Source of the DNA: an uncultured delta proteobacterium
Lineage (GTDB): Bacteria > Myxococcota_A > Polyangia > Fen-1088
Length of the DNA stretch: 64,000 nucleotides
Direction of reading: 5' to 3'
Assembly: GCA_963737265.1 (NCBI GenBank)
Contig: CAVTRY010000010.1
Location: forward strand, 14,075-78,074
This document shows, one piece after another, positions 30,967-43,624 of the stretch. The translations under genes were made by a program, and so were the position numbers. The notes under the pieces were generated by a model. That model was not told the origin of the DNA. It did not search any database and saw only the letters and a list, made by a program, of their open reading frames with translations. How positions within the stretch are numbered: position 1 is the stretch's first letter; the number at the start of each line of letters is the position of its first letter.

Positions 30967-33900
30967 ATGGTGAGGCACGGCAGAACGCTTGAACTCAGAA
31001 CGACGTGGGCGAAATGGTGTGTCGTGATGCTGGGCTGTGCGTGCATCGTCGCCGTGTCGGCAGGGGTTGCGCCGACCATGGGTCAGCAGACTCAGACAGC
31101 CCTTGGTCGCAGCGGGCTCCTATCGCGGGCACGTGCCCGTCTAGCACGGCGTTCTCACTTGCTGGTCACTTCGCCGCCATCATCGAGCGCTACCAACGAA
31201 CGCGATACGAGGGTGCTCGACGCCTTCACGCAAGGGACGGGAGTGCAAGAACGCGCTTCGACCGAGATCGCAGGTTCGGTGCTGGCAGGCAGCTCGGCGC
31301 CGTCGCTCGTGCGTGGGCAAGCGACGAAGTCAAACAGCACTGGGCCACCTCCCCCCTCGATGTCGCTCGCGCTGCCCTTTGCGTCCGCGAGTCCACCGAC
31401 CCCCAAGGAGCGCGAAGACGAGGCGCGCTCGCGCACGCGATTCGAGCATATGAGCGCCGGTGAGGCGACCGCGCTCGCAGAGCGAGACTTCCAGGTCCAA
31501 GATCCGAGCTGGCGGCCACCCGGCTCAGAACCGGGATCTCGCGTGACGCGGTACCTCACCGGCTACACGGCGGAGGAAGAACGCCCTGGCAACAGGCATG
31601 TCCTCGTCCAGTCGACGGTGCCGCTCGAGACGACTAAGGCCGATGGGCAACGCGCCCCCGTCTCCCTGTCGCTCGAGGAATCGGCCGAAGGCTACGTTCC
31701 GACCAATCCGTTGGTGCCGGTATCCATTCCGAAGCACCTCGCCGCCGGCGCGGCGGTGGCCGGCGGTTTACGCTTCACGCCCGCCAACGTCCCAAGTAGC
31801 GCCGCTGCCGGCGTCCATGTTGGCGATGCGCTGCTCTATCCCAACAGCGCTACCGATACCGACTTCATGCTCGAACCCGTCCCATATGGCCTCGAGGCGT
31901 CGTGGGAGCTTCGCTCCGAAGCCTCGCCGCAGAGCCTGCCGCTGCGCTTCACCTTGGGCTCCGGCGAGTCGATGCACATGAGCAGCCACGCAGCAGGGAG
32001 CAGTGGAAGTCTCCCTCGGCAGCAGGACGGTCGCCCGATCGCTCCCGCCTTCGCGCACGACGCCGCCGGGCGCCAGCTCCGACCTCGTACTCGCTGAGTG
32101 GCCACACCCTTACGACCCATGTGTCGATCGGGCAGGAAGTCCAGTTCCCGGTGCAGGTAGACCCGGTGGTAGTGGGGTACTACGGGCAGGCCAGCGGTGG
32201 ATCCTGGCCGCACTGGGGCTTCTACCAAAGCTGCGGGTGCGTCTCCGGCGGCGGCAGCGGCTACGGGCTGTCGATCTCGACCGGATCGACAACCGAAGGC
32301 TTCGGCGACTGGCACGTTGAAAGCGGCAACTCGGAGGCCCTCATCACGCGCGTGGATCTGAGCGGAGCGTCGCACACGAGCGCGGCAGGCGGGCTCTACA
32401 CCTACTTTGATGCCGGTACCTATCCGAGCGGCGAACACGCGATCTACAGCTACGAAAGCACCAACCCCAACGCAAGCCGTCCGGGCGCCGTTGCTACGAC
32501 CGAAGAATTCGGTGGACGATCGATCGCCTTCTGCGACTATGGGGCCGGCGGATACGACGGCGGCGCGCAGCCGCTGTGTGATGAACGCTACGGCGCCGAA
32601 GGGTTTGCGTTCTATTTGGCTCATCCAGGCCAGACCTTGGTGAGTGGCACAGCGTTCTCGCAGATCGAAGACGCCGACGTGCATTACGTGCAGACCACGC
32701 CTCCGAACGAACCGCTGCTGGAAGGCCCCGAACTCGTCGGTAACAGCTGGACTCGCTTCGAAAACCCGGGTACGTGGCTCGAAGGCTCAGACGGCGGGAC
32801 GGGCATCGCGGCGATGGGCGTCAACGTCGGGGCGGGGGAACGCTCGGTTAACGAACTGCCTGAACCGCCCGGGTCGAAGCCGGTGCCGGGTACTGGGACG
32901 TATAGTCCCACCTGCAACGACCCGTTCTGCCCGGAATGGGCCGGTCACGAATTCAAGATGACGGGGCTAGCGACGGGGACTTGGACGCTCGGCGCGTGGA
33001 CTGAGAATGCGGTCGGGTTGGCGGCCGAGAAGTCCTACGTCGTCCATGTCGACAAGACGCCGCCGCTTATCCCGAAGCCGTCCTGGGCGGGCACGACGAT
33101 TGGTGACAAGCCGACGGTGCTGACGCTCTTTGCACAGGACGGATATCTCACGCAGCCGCAGGCGGGGGTGGAGTCGATCGACGTGCTGATGGATGGTCGG
33201 GACATCTACGAAGACGTCAAGTCCATCAGCTGCCCGCCGAACTTCAAGGAACCCGAATATCCGCCGCTTCTGCCCGCCCTTCGACGGCTCTACTGGGAAG
33301 ACCGCTGCTACGCCCTGCTGGGCAACTACACGCTCGACGGGGAAGACTTCGGCGCCGGGCCCCACACGATCACCTTGAGGGCTCGCGACTGGGTGGGGAA
33401 CGTCTCGGAACGCTCTTTCACGATCACGATCGAGCACCACGTCAACGACACGCAGTCGGTGGGACCGGGCTCGCTCAACCTGCTGAACGGCGACTACAGG
33501 CTCTCCACGGGCGACGTCTCGCTGCCTGCCGGCACCGCCACGCTCGCCGTGTCGCGCAGCTACGACTCGCGGTCGATCCAGTCGGGTCCGCTGGGTCCCG
33601 GCTGGTCGCTTGGTCTCCCCGACACCTCGGCCGGCGGGCAATGGCGCAGCCTCAAGGTGCTGCCCGAAGGCGGAATCGAAGCGACGACGACGACGGGTCA
33701 GAACGTGCTCTTCACGAAGAGCGGAAATGGCTTCAGTTCGCCCAGCGGCTATCAGAACTACACGCTGACCGAGCCCACGACGAGCCCGGTCGTCTACCAG
33801 ATCACCGACTCCGCCGGCGATTACACGCAGTTCGAAGAGCCCGCCGGCGCAACCAGCTTCATGCCTACGAGTGTCGCGCAGTCCAGCGGCGCGGGAGGGC

Positions 33901-36900
33901 TGAACGCGGTCAAGTACGTGATCAAGGAAGGCAAGACGAGCGAGGTCTTTGGGCCCTCGCCAACGGGCGAGAATTGCGCCAGCAGCGCGCCGGAAGAATG
34001 GACCAAGACACGCACGGTCGAAGAAGAACACCGGGGTTGCCGCGCGCTCGTGCTGCACTACGCAAGCGCCACTAGCGCCAGCGGAGAAGCCAGGGGCGGA
34101 TGGGGCAACTACAAGGGCCAGCTCGAAAGCGTCTCCTTCACGGGCTATGACCCCTCGTCAGGCAAGGAACGCATAACGACCACATCCGTCGCTCAATACG
34201 AATACGACGCGAAGGGTCGTCTGCGCGCCGAGTGGGATCCGCGCATCGCGTCGAGCACGGACTGCACGAACAGCTGCGAAGCGCTCAAGAGCACCTACGG
34301 CTACGACGAAGAAGGCCACCTGACGGCGCTGTCGCCGCCGGGACAGCAGCCGTGGCTGCTGAGCTATGGAGTCGCAACGAAGGCCGAAGCCGGCGAAGAA
34401 GAAAACGGAGCATGCAGTGGTGCCTCCTGCAGCGAATACGCGCGCCAGCAGCGACTGAACCACGCACGTCTCATCAGGGCCATGCGTCTGCCCGCATCAA
34501 CCGCGCTGTGGGGCGGCGAAGCGCTGAGCAACACACAGGCGCCAGTCATCTCCGGCTCCCCGATCGAGGCCGTGCGCATGGGCGTCTCGAACGGCGCCTG
34601 GAGCGGTTCTCCGCACGCGTTTGCATACCAATGGGAACAGTGCAATGCCGCCGGCGAAGGCTGCGAACCTATCGCGGGCGCGACCAACGAGAACTACACG
34701 CCGAACGCAACGGACGTCGGTCACACGCTGCGCGCGCAGGTGGTCGCGCTCAGTGCCGCCGGCGCCACCTCGGCCGCTAGCGGCGTGAGCCAGGTCGTGC
34801 AGGCGCCCGGCTCCCCACCGAGCGAAGCACAGCCGTTCGCCCCGCAGGAAGGCACGACCATCGAGTACGGCGTCCCGGTCGTGTCCGGCGTCAGTGGCGC
34901 GCCGCGGCCGAGTACGCAATGGGCGCCCGAAGGCTTCCTGACCTTCCGCGGCGCGTCAGGGTCGCCGCAGGCGACGAGCGTCGACTCGAACGGCGATGCG
35001 TGGGCCGTGGGCTACACACACTCGCTCAGCGGACCCGGGGTCGTGAAGGAGTACACGCCCCAAGGCCAGATCCTGCACGAAATCGGCACGAGCTTCTGCC
35101 TGCCGCAGAACGTCTCGGCCGACTTGCACGGCGACGTGTTCGTGAGCGAGGGCGTCTGTCAGCGGGTGCAGGAGTTCAACTCCGAAGGCAAGCTCGTGCG
35201 CCAATTTCCCGCGAACGGCTCGGACGGAAAGTACGTCTGGGGCACGGAGGTCGCGGCTGGACCCGAAGGGAACCTCTGGGAGACCACGATGGACGGCCAC
35301 ATCCTGGAGTTGAGCGAAGCCGGCGTCTACGAGCACGAATTCGCCGGTTTCGGTGCGAGCGCCGGCCAGCTCGAGGAACCGCGCGGGCTGGCTGTGGAAG
35401 CAGGCGGCAACTTCTGGGTCGCCGACACGGCAAACAACCGCGTCGACCAGTTCTCGTCCTCCGGGGCGTTCATCAAGGCGATCGGCTTCGGAGTGCTCGA
35501 CGGGGCATCCAAGCAAGAGACATGCACGACCGCCACCGGCTGCCAAGCGGGCCTCCCCGGCGCCGGCGAAGGACAGCTGAGCCATCCGGCGGCCGTGGCG
35601 GTGGACGCTGGTGGCCACTTCTTTGCCGCCGACGCCGGCAATGCGCGAATCGAGGAGTACTCGAGTTCCACGGACGCCTACCTTGCGAGCTACGGCGAAA
35701 AGGGCACCGGCGCGGGCCAGTTGCAGAGTCCCACGTCGGTATCGCTCGACTCCACTGGAAACATATGGGTCAACGACACCGCTACCGATGAGCTCTCAAG
35801 CTACACTGGCTCAAAGGAACCCGTCGCGCCGCCATATGCGATGGGCGCAAGGGAAGTCGAAGCGTGGGGCCAGAGCGAGGCGCCCACGCAGGCGGCGGCG
35901 ATCTTCCCGCCCGATGAGCCCCAGAGCTATCCGGCAAGCGACTACAGGCGCGCGACGATCTACTACTTCGACTCCTTTGGCCGTCGCGTCGATGTCGCGG
36001 CGCCGGGCGGCGCGATCGCGACCACCGAATACGACTCCTACGACAACGTCGACAGAACCCTCACACCAGGCAACCGCCAACGCGCACTGGAAGCGGGCGC
36101 GGGATCAGCCGCGCAGGCAAAGCTCTTGGATACCGAGACCGAATACAGCGCCGACGGCAGCGAGCTACTCAGCTCGGTAGGACCACAGCACGAAGTCAAG
36201 CTGGCGAACGGGACCACTACGCAGGCTAGGGCACGTACACGCCATTTCTACGACGAAGGCGCCCCTACCGAGGAACATCGTCAAAACGGGTCCGAATCCG
36301 TGGAAGTTCCCTATCGCTTGGTCACCAAGTCGACCGAAGGTGCGCTGCTGCCAGGGGGGTCAGAAGAAGAAGTTCGGGCGATCACCGACTCCTACTCGGG
36401 CCAGAGCAACCTCGGGTGGAAGCTGCGCAAGCCGACGTCCGTCACCACAGAACCGGAACCAGGCAAGCATTCCACGCGAACGACGGTGTATAACGCCGGA
36501 ACCGGTGATGTCACGGAAAGCACATCGCCCGCCGGCGCCGGTAAGCCTTCCAGCCCTCATACGGTCCAGACTGTGTATTACACCAGTGGTACTGAAGCTG
36601 CCGTATCGGCCTGCCAAAAGCGCCCTGAATGGGCGGGCTCACCGTGCCAGACACAGCCCGCTTCGCAGCCCGAAACCGTTGGACTGCCCAAGCTCCCTGT
36701 GTCAACTGTCACTTATAACCTCTGGGGCGAGCCGCTGGAATCCATGCTGGCCTCCGGCGCGAACGTCAAGACCACGACCACGATGTACGACGCAGCCGGG
36801 CGCGCGGAAGATGTCTCCGTCAGTTCGACGACCGGGCACGCTGTGGCGCCCACGACGAACAAATACAACGCACAGACGGGCGCGCTTGTCAAACAGAGCG

Positions 36901-38675
36901 CCGTAATCAACGGCCAAGCCGAGGCGATCGAAAGCGTCTACAACTCCCTAGGGCAGTTGACAAGCTATAGCGACGCGGACCACAACGTGTCAACCTACGA
37001 ATACGACATCGACGGCCGACCCACGAAGGTCTTCGATGGCAAGGGTACGCAGACATACACGTACGACCCCACGAGTGGGCTGCTAGCGACGCTTGTCGAT
37101 TCTGCAGCGGGCACGTTCGCGGGCACCTACGACGTAGAAGGTGAACTGCAGACCGAGACATACCCAAACGGGATGACAGCGAGCTACGAACGCAACGCGG
37201 TCGGACAAGCGACGCGGCTGGCTTACGTCAAAGGGCGATCGACTTGGTATCAGGATCAAGTGAGCCTGTCGATACACGGCCAGTGGCTCAATCAACAAAC
37301 CACTCAGGCTGCCGACAGCTATGCGTACGACAGCCTGGGGCGCATGGTCGCGACCACTGAATCTCCCAATGGAAAGCCATGCGTCGCTTACTTGTATTCC
37401 TACGACGAAGAATCAGACCGCATATCCGAAACAAAGCGCGAAGGTACACCCGGCAGTTGCCCATCGCAGGGCGGCTCGACCACTACACACGCATACGACG
37501 AAGCGAATCGCTTGATAGATTCCGGCGCTGAATACGAACCGCTCGGCGCGGCGACGAAGGTGCCGGCAACGGATGCGGGAGGCCACACCCTCGAAAGCTC
37601 TTATTACGCTAGTGGTGCGCTCTACACGGAGGCGCAGAACAGCCTCAGCAAAACCTACCAGCTTGACCCGACAGGACGTGCACGGGAAACGCTGAGTGAA
37701 GAAGTTGGAAGCAGCGCGGAAGTCAAGCATTTGGTGTCGCATTACTCGAGCTCGAATGACATGTCCGCCTGGACTGAAGAAGCACATGGCGCATTTACGC
37801 GCGACGTCGCGGGAATCGGAGGCGCGATCTGCGCGGTCCAAACGAGCACTGAAGTGTTGCTCGAGATATCGAACCTCCACGGTGACGTCGTCGGCACCGT
37901 CTCGGACAACCAGAGCGCCGAACCCAAGCTCACAAGTGAACCGACAGCGTTTGGGGTACCAACCGCGAAGGCATCAACACCCTATAGCTGGCTAGGCTCG
38001 AGCGGGCTGAAGGTCGAATTCGAAAGCGGGGTGTCAGGCGAAGGCGGCGGTACATACATACCTCAGCTCGGCGTGAGCCTCGCGCCTTCGGAATTGAGCG
38101 GGTCGGCGTCGCAAGATCCGATCAATGAATATCTCAGCGACCGCGAAGCCGCGCAGCCCACGGGCGCCAGGGTGACAACGATGCCTGGAGCGATCGAACC
38201 GCTACCCGTGAATCAGCAGATGGAGGACGAATTTTGGGCGAACCCTCCGTGGGACCAGTCGCCGACGAATGAAGTCGGGGAAGGTATCTCGGTTGGCGGC
38301 GATCCGAACTTTATTTGCGAAGTCAAGGCACCAACGCCAGCTGAAGCGAAGCGGCGGCATGGTCATTTGAAGTTTCGCGGCGGTTATGTGTGCTGGGCGC
38401 TCACCGGCACCGGCGAAGAGGAGCTAGATCATATATCTGCTCTAGTGCAGGTGTGCGCTGAACGGCAGAATCCAGACGTGCCGGGCGGGTGGGAAGACGT
38501 GGGACACTGCAACCCGACGACGTGGGCCGATGCGCCCGTCGCTCCAATCGAATTCGAACACTGGTGCTATGCAGGTTCGATATACCGAGTGTGGGTTTGG
38601 GTGTACTGGTGGGGCGCGGGTCCGATGGTGACCGACCCGGCGCAGCGGCGCAGCAGCTGGACGACGTGCCCGTAG
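30967..38675 (+). CDS. Giant secreted RHS/YD-repeat protein (~2,570 aa) with Ig-like and NHL inserts; apparent frameshift(s) at ~32000-32095
   Basis: RBS AGGAGG and signal peptide; VQVDP; VGPGSLNLLNGD..VSRSYDSR..GPLGPGW; YEYDAKGRL..WDPRI; NHL repeats (PRGLAV..FWVADTANNRV); many YD repeats; NLHGDVVG. Confidence 0.9.
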
Positions 38676-38757
38676 CCGGCGTGTTGGTATGCGTGGTACG
38701 GTCTCTCGGCAACGTCGCCGGAAAGAGTCCAGTGTTCTCACTCCCTCTAAAGGACGG

Positions 38758-39481
38758 GTGCTAGTTAGAGTGCGGTGCATCAGATGGTGGCCTGATTCTC
38801 GCCGGGAGGCGATCGCGCACTTGGCGCTTCTTTGCCTTGGCCTAGCTGTTGGGCTGGCGGGTTGCGGTGGGTCGCCAGATAACAAATCGGTGAGCACCTA
38901 CACGATCGGTCGCGGACGCACCGCCGCCGCCCTCGTTTTTTGCGATGAGCCTAGAGGTCGGCGAACGCCCTATGCCAACCTGGTTGTTGGCAACGCCGCA
39001 ACACGGTGTCCGACCGCGTTACATAGGGTGTTCGAGGTCTTTGATCATTGCTGACACGCGCATGGGGACGTTCAATGCGTGCTTGGACCGGTTCCGAGGT
39101 CCTAATGCGATAAGCGAGACGTGTTACCGGGGCCTGATCCGTATCGTCTCAGTGGTGCCAGCGGACGTTCGAGCCATCCGGTTGCTGATGAGAGATGAAG
39201 AACAAATCACTACCCAAGTCATCGATAGTCCGCTTCTTGCGCGCCAAGGGACCGCAGCGTACTTACCAAGTGGTGAGCGGCTCCAAGCCACCCGTGGCGC
39301 TGAGTACCTATGGCGTCAGCGGACAATTGATGTCGCGCCGTGGGCTACTCGGCGTGGAGTGCACGAAACGGTAGCGCGTGCCAGACGAGTGTATGCGCCA
39401 ATGCCGATAAGGACGAGGTCTGGGTTATCGACATCTGAGAGCTTGCATCCACAATCACTCTCAGTCGATATTCAACGCTAA
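38758..39481 (+). CDS. Putative lipoprotein directly after the RHS gene (immunity or partner candidate), frameshifted
   Basis: Lipobox LAGC after a hydrophobic stretch; continues in ORF 38945..39481; GC appears lower than in the flanks. Confidence 0.45.
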
Positions 39482-39987
39482 TTCAACCTCGCGCCGAGCT
39501 CGACTGTCAGCGGAGCCGCGATTAGTTCGTCCTCGGAAACATGGACTCCGGCACGGTCCAACGCAGCAACGAGGCTCTTCCATGCAAGAATAGGAGGCCT
39601 ACGAAGCATCGGGTCGCGCCCGAGCATGCTGTTGATACCGTCTTCGATGTCGGGCCGCCCAACCCTGTAGTTGTGAACGTGCTCGGCACGTGTTACGCCC
39701 GGCGGCATATCGCCATCATGGTACCGATGCCAGACCGCGGCGGGTCCCGTCCGAGCACCGCCTATGCCAAATGCAGTCTGCGCCTGTATCAGTCTTCGAG
39801 TGTCATCTTCAGCGCTCAGCCATACACTAAGAGAGAGCTGGACGGCGTCAGCCTCGTCTGTTAGCCAAGCAGGTACCGACTCGAGACGGGATCTAACAGC
39901 GGTGTTAGTGGCCGGGTCGATCTGTGGTGCGAGCGCGACCTGCGCAAGCACACGGCGTATTCTTTGAGAGTACCTCTGCTTTGGCAT
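39478..39987 (-). CDS. Hypothetical protein
   Basis: 169-aa ORF of normal globular composition, unlike the Arg/Pro-rich shadow ORFs. Confidence 0.55.
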   Translation of the reverse strand: MPKQRYSQRIRRVLAQVALAPQIDPATNTAVRSRLESVPAWLTDEADAVQLSLSVWLSAEDDTRRLIQAQTAFGIGGARTGPAAVWHRYHDGDMPPGVTRAEHVHNYRVGRPDIEDGINSMLGRDPMLRRPPILAWKSLVAALDRAGVHVSEDELIAAPLTVELGARLN

Positions 39988-41835
39988 TCTGCTTATGAAC
40001 AGATTCTAGTGCTGTGGGGGCAAAGCGGCCGTCCTGTGGGACCGAATACTTGACTTCCTCGGCTCAATCGCCCGATGATACCGACGAGTAGGGTCTCGCG
40101 CCATGGCAGCGGAGTGCGCAAAGCCCGCCGTCTTGGCCCTTGAGCACCCACGTATGGACGTAAAGCGGAGGTCAAGCATCGCCCCGCGGAACCGGATCCT
40201 GGGCTGTTGCCGCTCGCGTGGGCCGTCGTAGCGATAGGTCGTAATGGCGCCGGGCGGCGGCGCTGGCGGCACCAGCCGAAGGCAGCGGGAAGCGCGAAGG
40301 CCTGTTGGTCCGGAGTCTCATTCGCGGCGGTTCGACGGCGTCGTGGCAGCGTTGCTCGGGCAGCCCGATGCCGCAGCGCCCGCTGGAGTGGGGCTGAAAC
40401 AGTCATCTAACGAGGCCCGCCTGACGACGTTGCGGCGTATCCAGCGTCCGGCAGCGGGCAACCATCGCCAAGTGGCCCAGAAAGCCAAGGCGACTAGCGC
40501 TAGGAGAGCTACGGCTCCGACGACCTCGACGGCGATACTCATCGCTCCATGATGCCGCATCGCTCAGCCGGCCGGCACGCATCGGCTTCCTGCCCGCTGC
40601 TGCCCATCGAGGGTAGGCGGCGTCCATGGCATGACGGAACGCACCGCTTGCGTACCGCTCAGCGCCGCCCATAATGCTAGCGCTACGCGTTGACACCGCG
40701 CCGCACTGATCCATAGCCTTGCGCACCTATGAAACGCGGTGGGCGGCAGCAGGGCGCCTCCGGCGGTCGGATCGTCAGAGATGGCGATGAGGCTCGGTGG
40801 GTGGCGATTGCTGATTACGGGCGTTGCGGGGGTGCGGTCCTTGCGCCGGGCAACGAACGAGGGAAACCTGCGAAGGAGAAGCGGAACCGTGCGGCGTACT
40901 CGCTCAGCAAAACGGTGGCGCGGCAGCGCGTGGGGTCCTCGGCGGCCGGTCGGCCGGCTTAGTCGCCGTTGCGAGTCCGCTATCGCTGTACCTCTCTGCG
41001 TGGTCCTCCGGCACACACGTGATAGCTCGGGATCGGGCGGAAACGCAGGCGTAACTTGAAGCGGCACTCGCCTCCGAAGAAGGCGGCGCGTGGCTGGCGT
41101 GCCAGCTTCCAGAACAGCGCTTGAAACGCTCGCGGAGCGAGGCTCGGCAGCGAATGCCCGGGGCGTCCTGGCTGGGGGCGACCCAAAGGTGCCGAGCCTT
41201 CAGCCAATTTGCCGCGATCCGCAAGAAGGACGGGGCGAAGAAGACCTGCGAGAAGCGACAGTGGAGGCGACCTTCGTGACGAGCTGACAGGGCGATCATG
41301 CTGTCGAGCACCGAGCCATATCGACAGGCCGCGCTCGCCTATGCCACAAGGCGCGGGCGTTGCGCTGGAGAACCAGACCGTGACGACCTACGAGCACGCA
41401 CTCGCGGCGGCCCTCGAATGGGAAGTTCAGGGTGCGCCGCCGCCGGGTGTGGTGGCCGACATGAAGGCGTGGACAGCGAGCGGGCACAGGGCGCTCTTCG
41501 TCAGCGTCGAAGGCCTCCGACGACGATGGGAAGCAGTGGTGGATCCTGTCACCCGGCTGCTCAAACTCATGCCCAAGGCTCATTTTCGTGTTTCTCAAAT
41601 CCGCTGAGCCGCTATGAAGGATTCGGGAGAAGGCGCTTGACCAGAATCAAGAAGCTACAGAAGCAGCACAAGAGCGAGCTCAAGAGTGTTTTCAACGTCA
41701 GTCTGCATATCAAGCTTGCGCTCGGCGTGATAAGCGAAGCCGAACTGCGTAGGATCAGCAAATTGAGCGAAGCGCCAAAGCTTTCTCGAAGGCGCCAAGC
41801 AGCAGGTCCACACGCAGCCCGTCATCCACACCATC

Positions 41836-42321
41836 GTGACGGGCGCGGTGCATGGGGGGCCGACCTTCTCGATCACCGGCACCCGTCGCCCCTCGCCGCG
41901 CAGCAATATCTCATTAGAAGTCGAACTCGCAAACGAAGGCGAAGCGGGGGGCATGCAACGCGAAGAAGGTGAACTCGGCGCGGCCTTGCCCCGTCGCTCG
42001 CGGCGCGCAGACCCCTTCGCTTGGCAGATCCGAACCGGCTGCGCGCCGCATGAATTCGCGATCTTCTACGGGATACTCAAGGCGAGCAGGGATACGGTGT
42101 TGGTCCGCGAGTCGGACGGCCTCGAGCGTCTCCGGCGGGCCAAGATACCCGCAAGCCTGCGCGCGGATGCGGTGCTCGCCTATATCGTGCTGCCGACAGC
42201 GCCGAGCGAACTCGTGGTGCGCAAGCCCGACGGCAAGACGATCTTCGCCGAAAAGCTCGTCGGCGTCGGGCGGGAAGTCACGGAAACCTGCGAAGGGGAA
42301 GCGGAAGGGCCGCTCTCATAG
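41836..42321 (+). CDS. Hypothetical protein, possibly a 5'-truncated secreted protein
   Basis: Plausible composition (FAWQIRTGC..FAIFYGILK..TETCEGEAEG); no clear RBS or signal peptide. Confidence 0.45.
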   Translation: MTGAVHGGPTFSITGTRRPSPRSNISLEVELANEGEAGGMQREEGELGAALPRRSRRADPFAWQIRTGCAPHEFAIFYGILKASRDTVLVRESDGLERLRRAKIPASLRADAVLAYIVLPTAPSELVVRKPDGKTIFAEKLVGVGREVTETCEGEAEGPLS

Positions 42322-42652
42322 CGAGGGCGTTGTGGCATGCCGCGCGTCGGTCGCATGGCTACCCTCGACGGGCCGAGCAGCAACCTCAGCGGCCCATAAT
42401 CGACACAGCCAGACGCTTGGTCTGGAACGCGACCAACACACCCGCAGTCGTGCGCAGCAAGTGCCGCAAAGCAACGCGGGGCGACAATTGGGACGACCAC
42501 TAGCGGCCGCGCGAATGGGAGCAAATGCCGGTGCTCGCCATCCCGTCGATCATTCGAGCGGGACCGCTACGCTACGGCTCGATGCCAAACCCCAGGCGTC
42601 ACGGGCTACAGCCGCAGAGGGCTGGAATTGTGACGTGGAGGTCCGTTCTCGT

Positions 42653-43435
42653 ATGGTTCCGCGGATGCGACTCCTTGTGTTCCTAAGATCTGCAGTGGTC
42701 GCGACGGTCATGTGCGGGATGACCCTCGCGTCAGCATCGACGTCGCCACAACCGTCCAATGCTTCCTCCGTGCGCTCGATGTTGCGGGCGAGGTATCGGT
42801 ACGAGCGGACGCTCCGGGACAACCTCGCCAACGCACGCGCCTCCACTAGCGCGTGGGTTAGCGATGTCGCCCGTGAATGTTCCGGAGCACTTGCTCACGC
42901 GCCAGAGGGCACCCAGCTAACGGAAATCCGCCGGGAGGTCAACCTGGCGCCGCTGGCGGTCTTGGATGCGCCCGATCGGGCCGCCGCCCGTCAGATGGCC
43001 CGCGCGATCAAGCGTCTCCGCTGGAGCGACCGGGCACTCGCCAGAGCGGTGCGCGCTTGGCTGACCGCGGTTAGGGCCGGATATACGCTGCCGGTCCCGA
43101 ATCTGTGCAGCGACCTCAAGGCGTGGGTGGGCAGTGACTATCACACGCTCTCGCCCGGGACAGTCGGCTTCACCCGCGCGTTACGGAAACTGTTGTTCTT
43201 CGAAGGCGGAAGCGGCGAACCGGGCCTCGAACAGCGACTCCATAGGTACGAGGATCGACTGACCGCGCGTTTCGCACATCGCCTCAGGTCTTTTTCGGAA
43301 AGGGTCGGTCTGAAGTACCTGAAGAGCTGGCAGGCTGCGGCTGAAGCGCTCAGTAACGACCTGACGCTTCCCGAGGAAGCTCCGGCGGCCGGCAACATCC
43401 ACACCACCGTTCCGACACACGGGGCCGTAGCATGA
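42653..43435 (+). CDS. Secreted alpha-helical hypothetical protein
   Basis: Signal peptide MVPRMRLLVFLRSAVVATVMCGMTLASA inside ORF 41969..43435; ECSGALAHAP and PNLCSDLKAW. Confidence 0.6.
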   Translation: MVPRMRLLVFLRSAVVATVMCGMTLASASTSPQPSNASSVRSMLRARYRYERTLRDNLANARASTSAWVSDVARECSGALAHAPEGTQLTEIRREVNLAPLAVLDAPDRAAARQMARAIKRLRWSDRALARAVRAWLTAVRAGYTLPVPNLCSDLKAWVGSDYHTLSPGTVGFTRALRKLLFFEGGSGEPGLEQRLHRYEDRLTARFAHRLRSFSERVGLKYLKSWQAAAEALSNDLTLPEEAPAAGNIHTTVPTHGAVA

Positions 43436-43624
43436 TCCGAGCCGGCCGGCGGCCCCCCACCCACCCCCGTCGGTCGGCACCTTCAGCCCTGGCGGCGGAG
43501 TAGCGACCACTCAACGCGCCTCGCGCGGACAGGCGCCCCGGGCTAACAGGAGCGCCAGCCCGAGGCAGGATTGGCGCGGGCTTCAGTTGCTCGCAGACTC
43601 TAGGCCGAGCCGTGCCCGCTGAGG

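Noticed and set aside
41969-42652. N-terminal half of the 488-aa ORF 41969..43435
   Set aside because: Low-complexity Arg/Ser/Ala sequence overlapping another ORF; a signal peptide starts at 42653.
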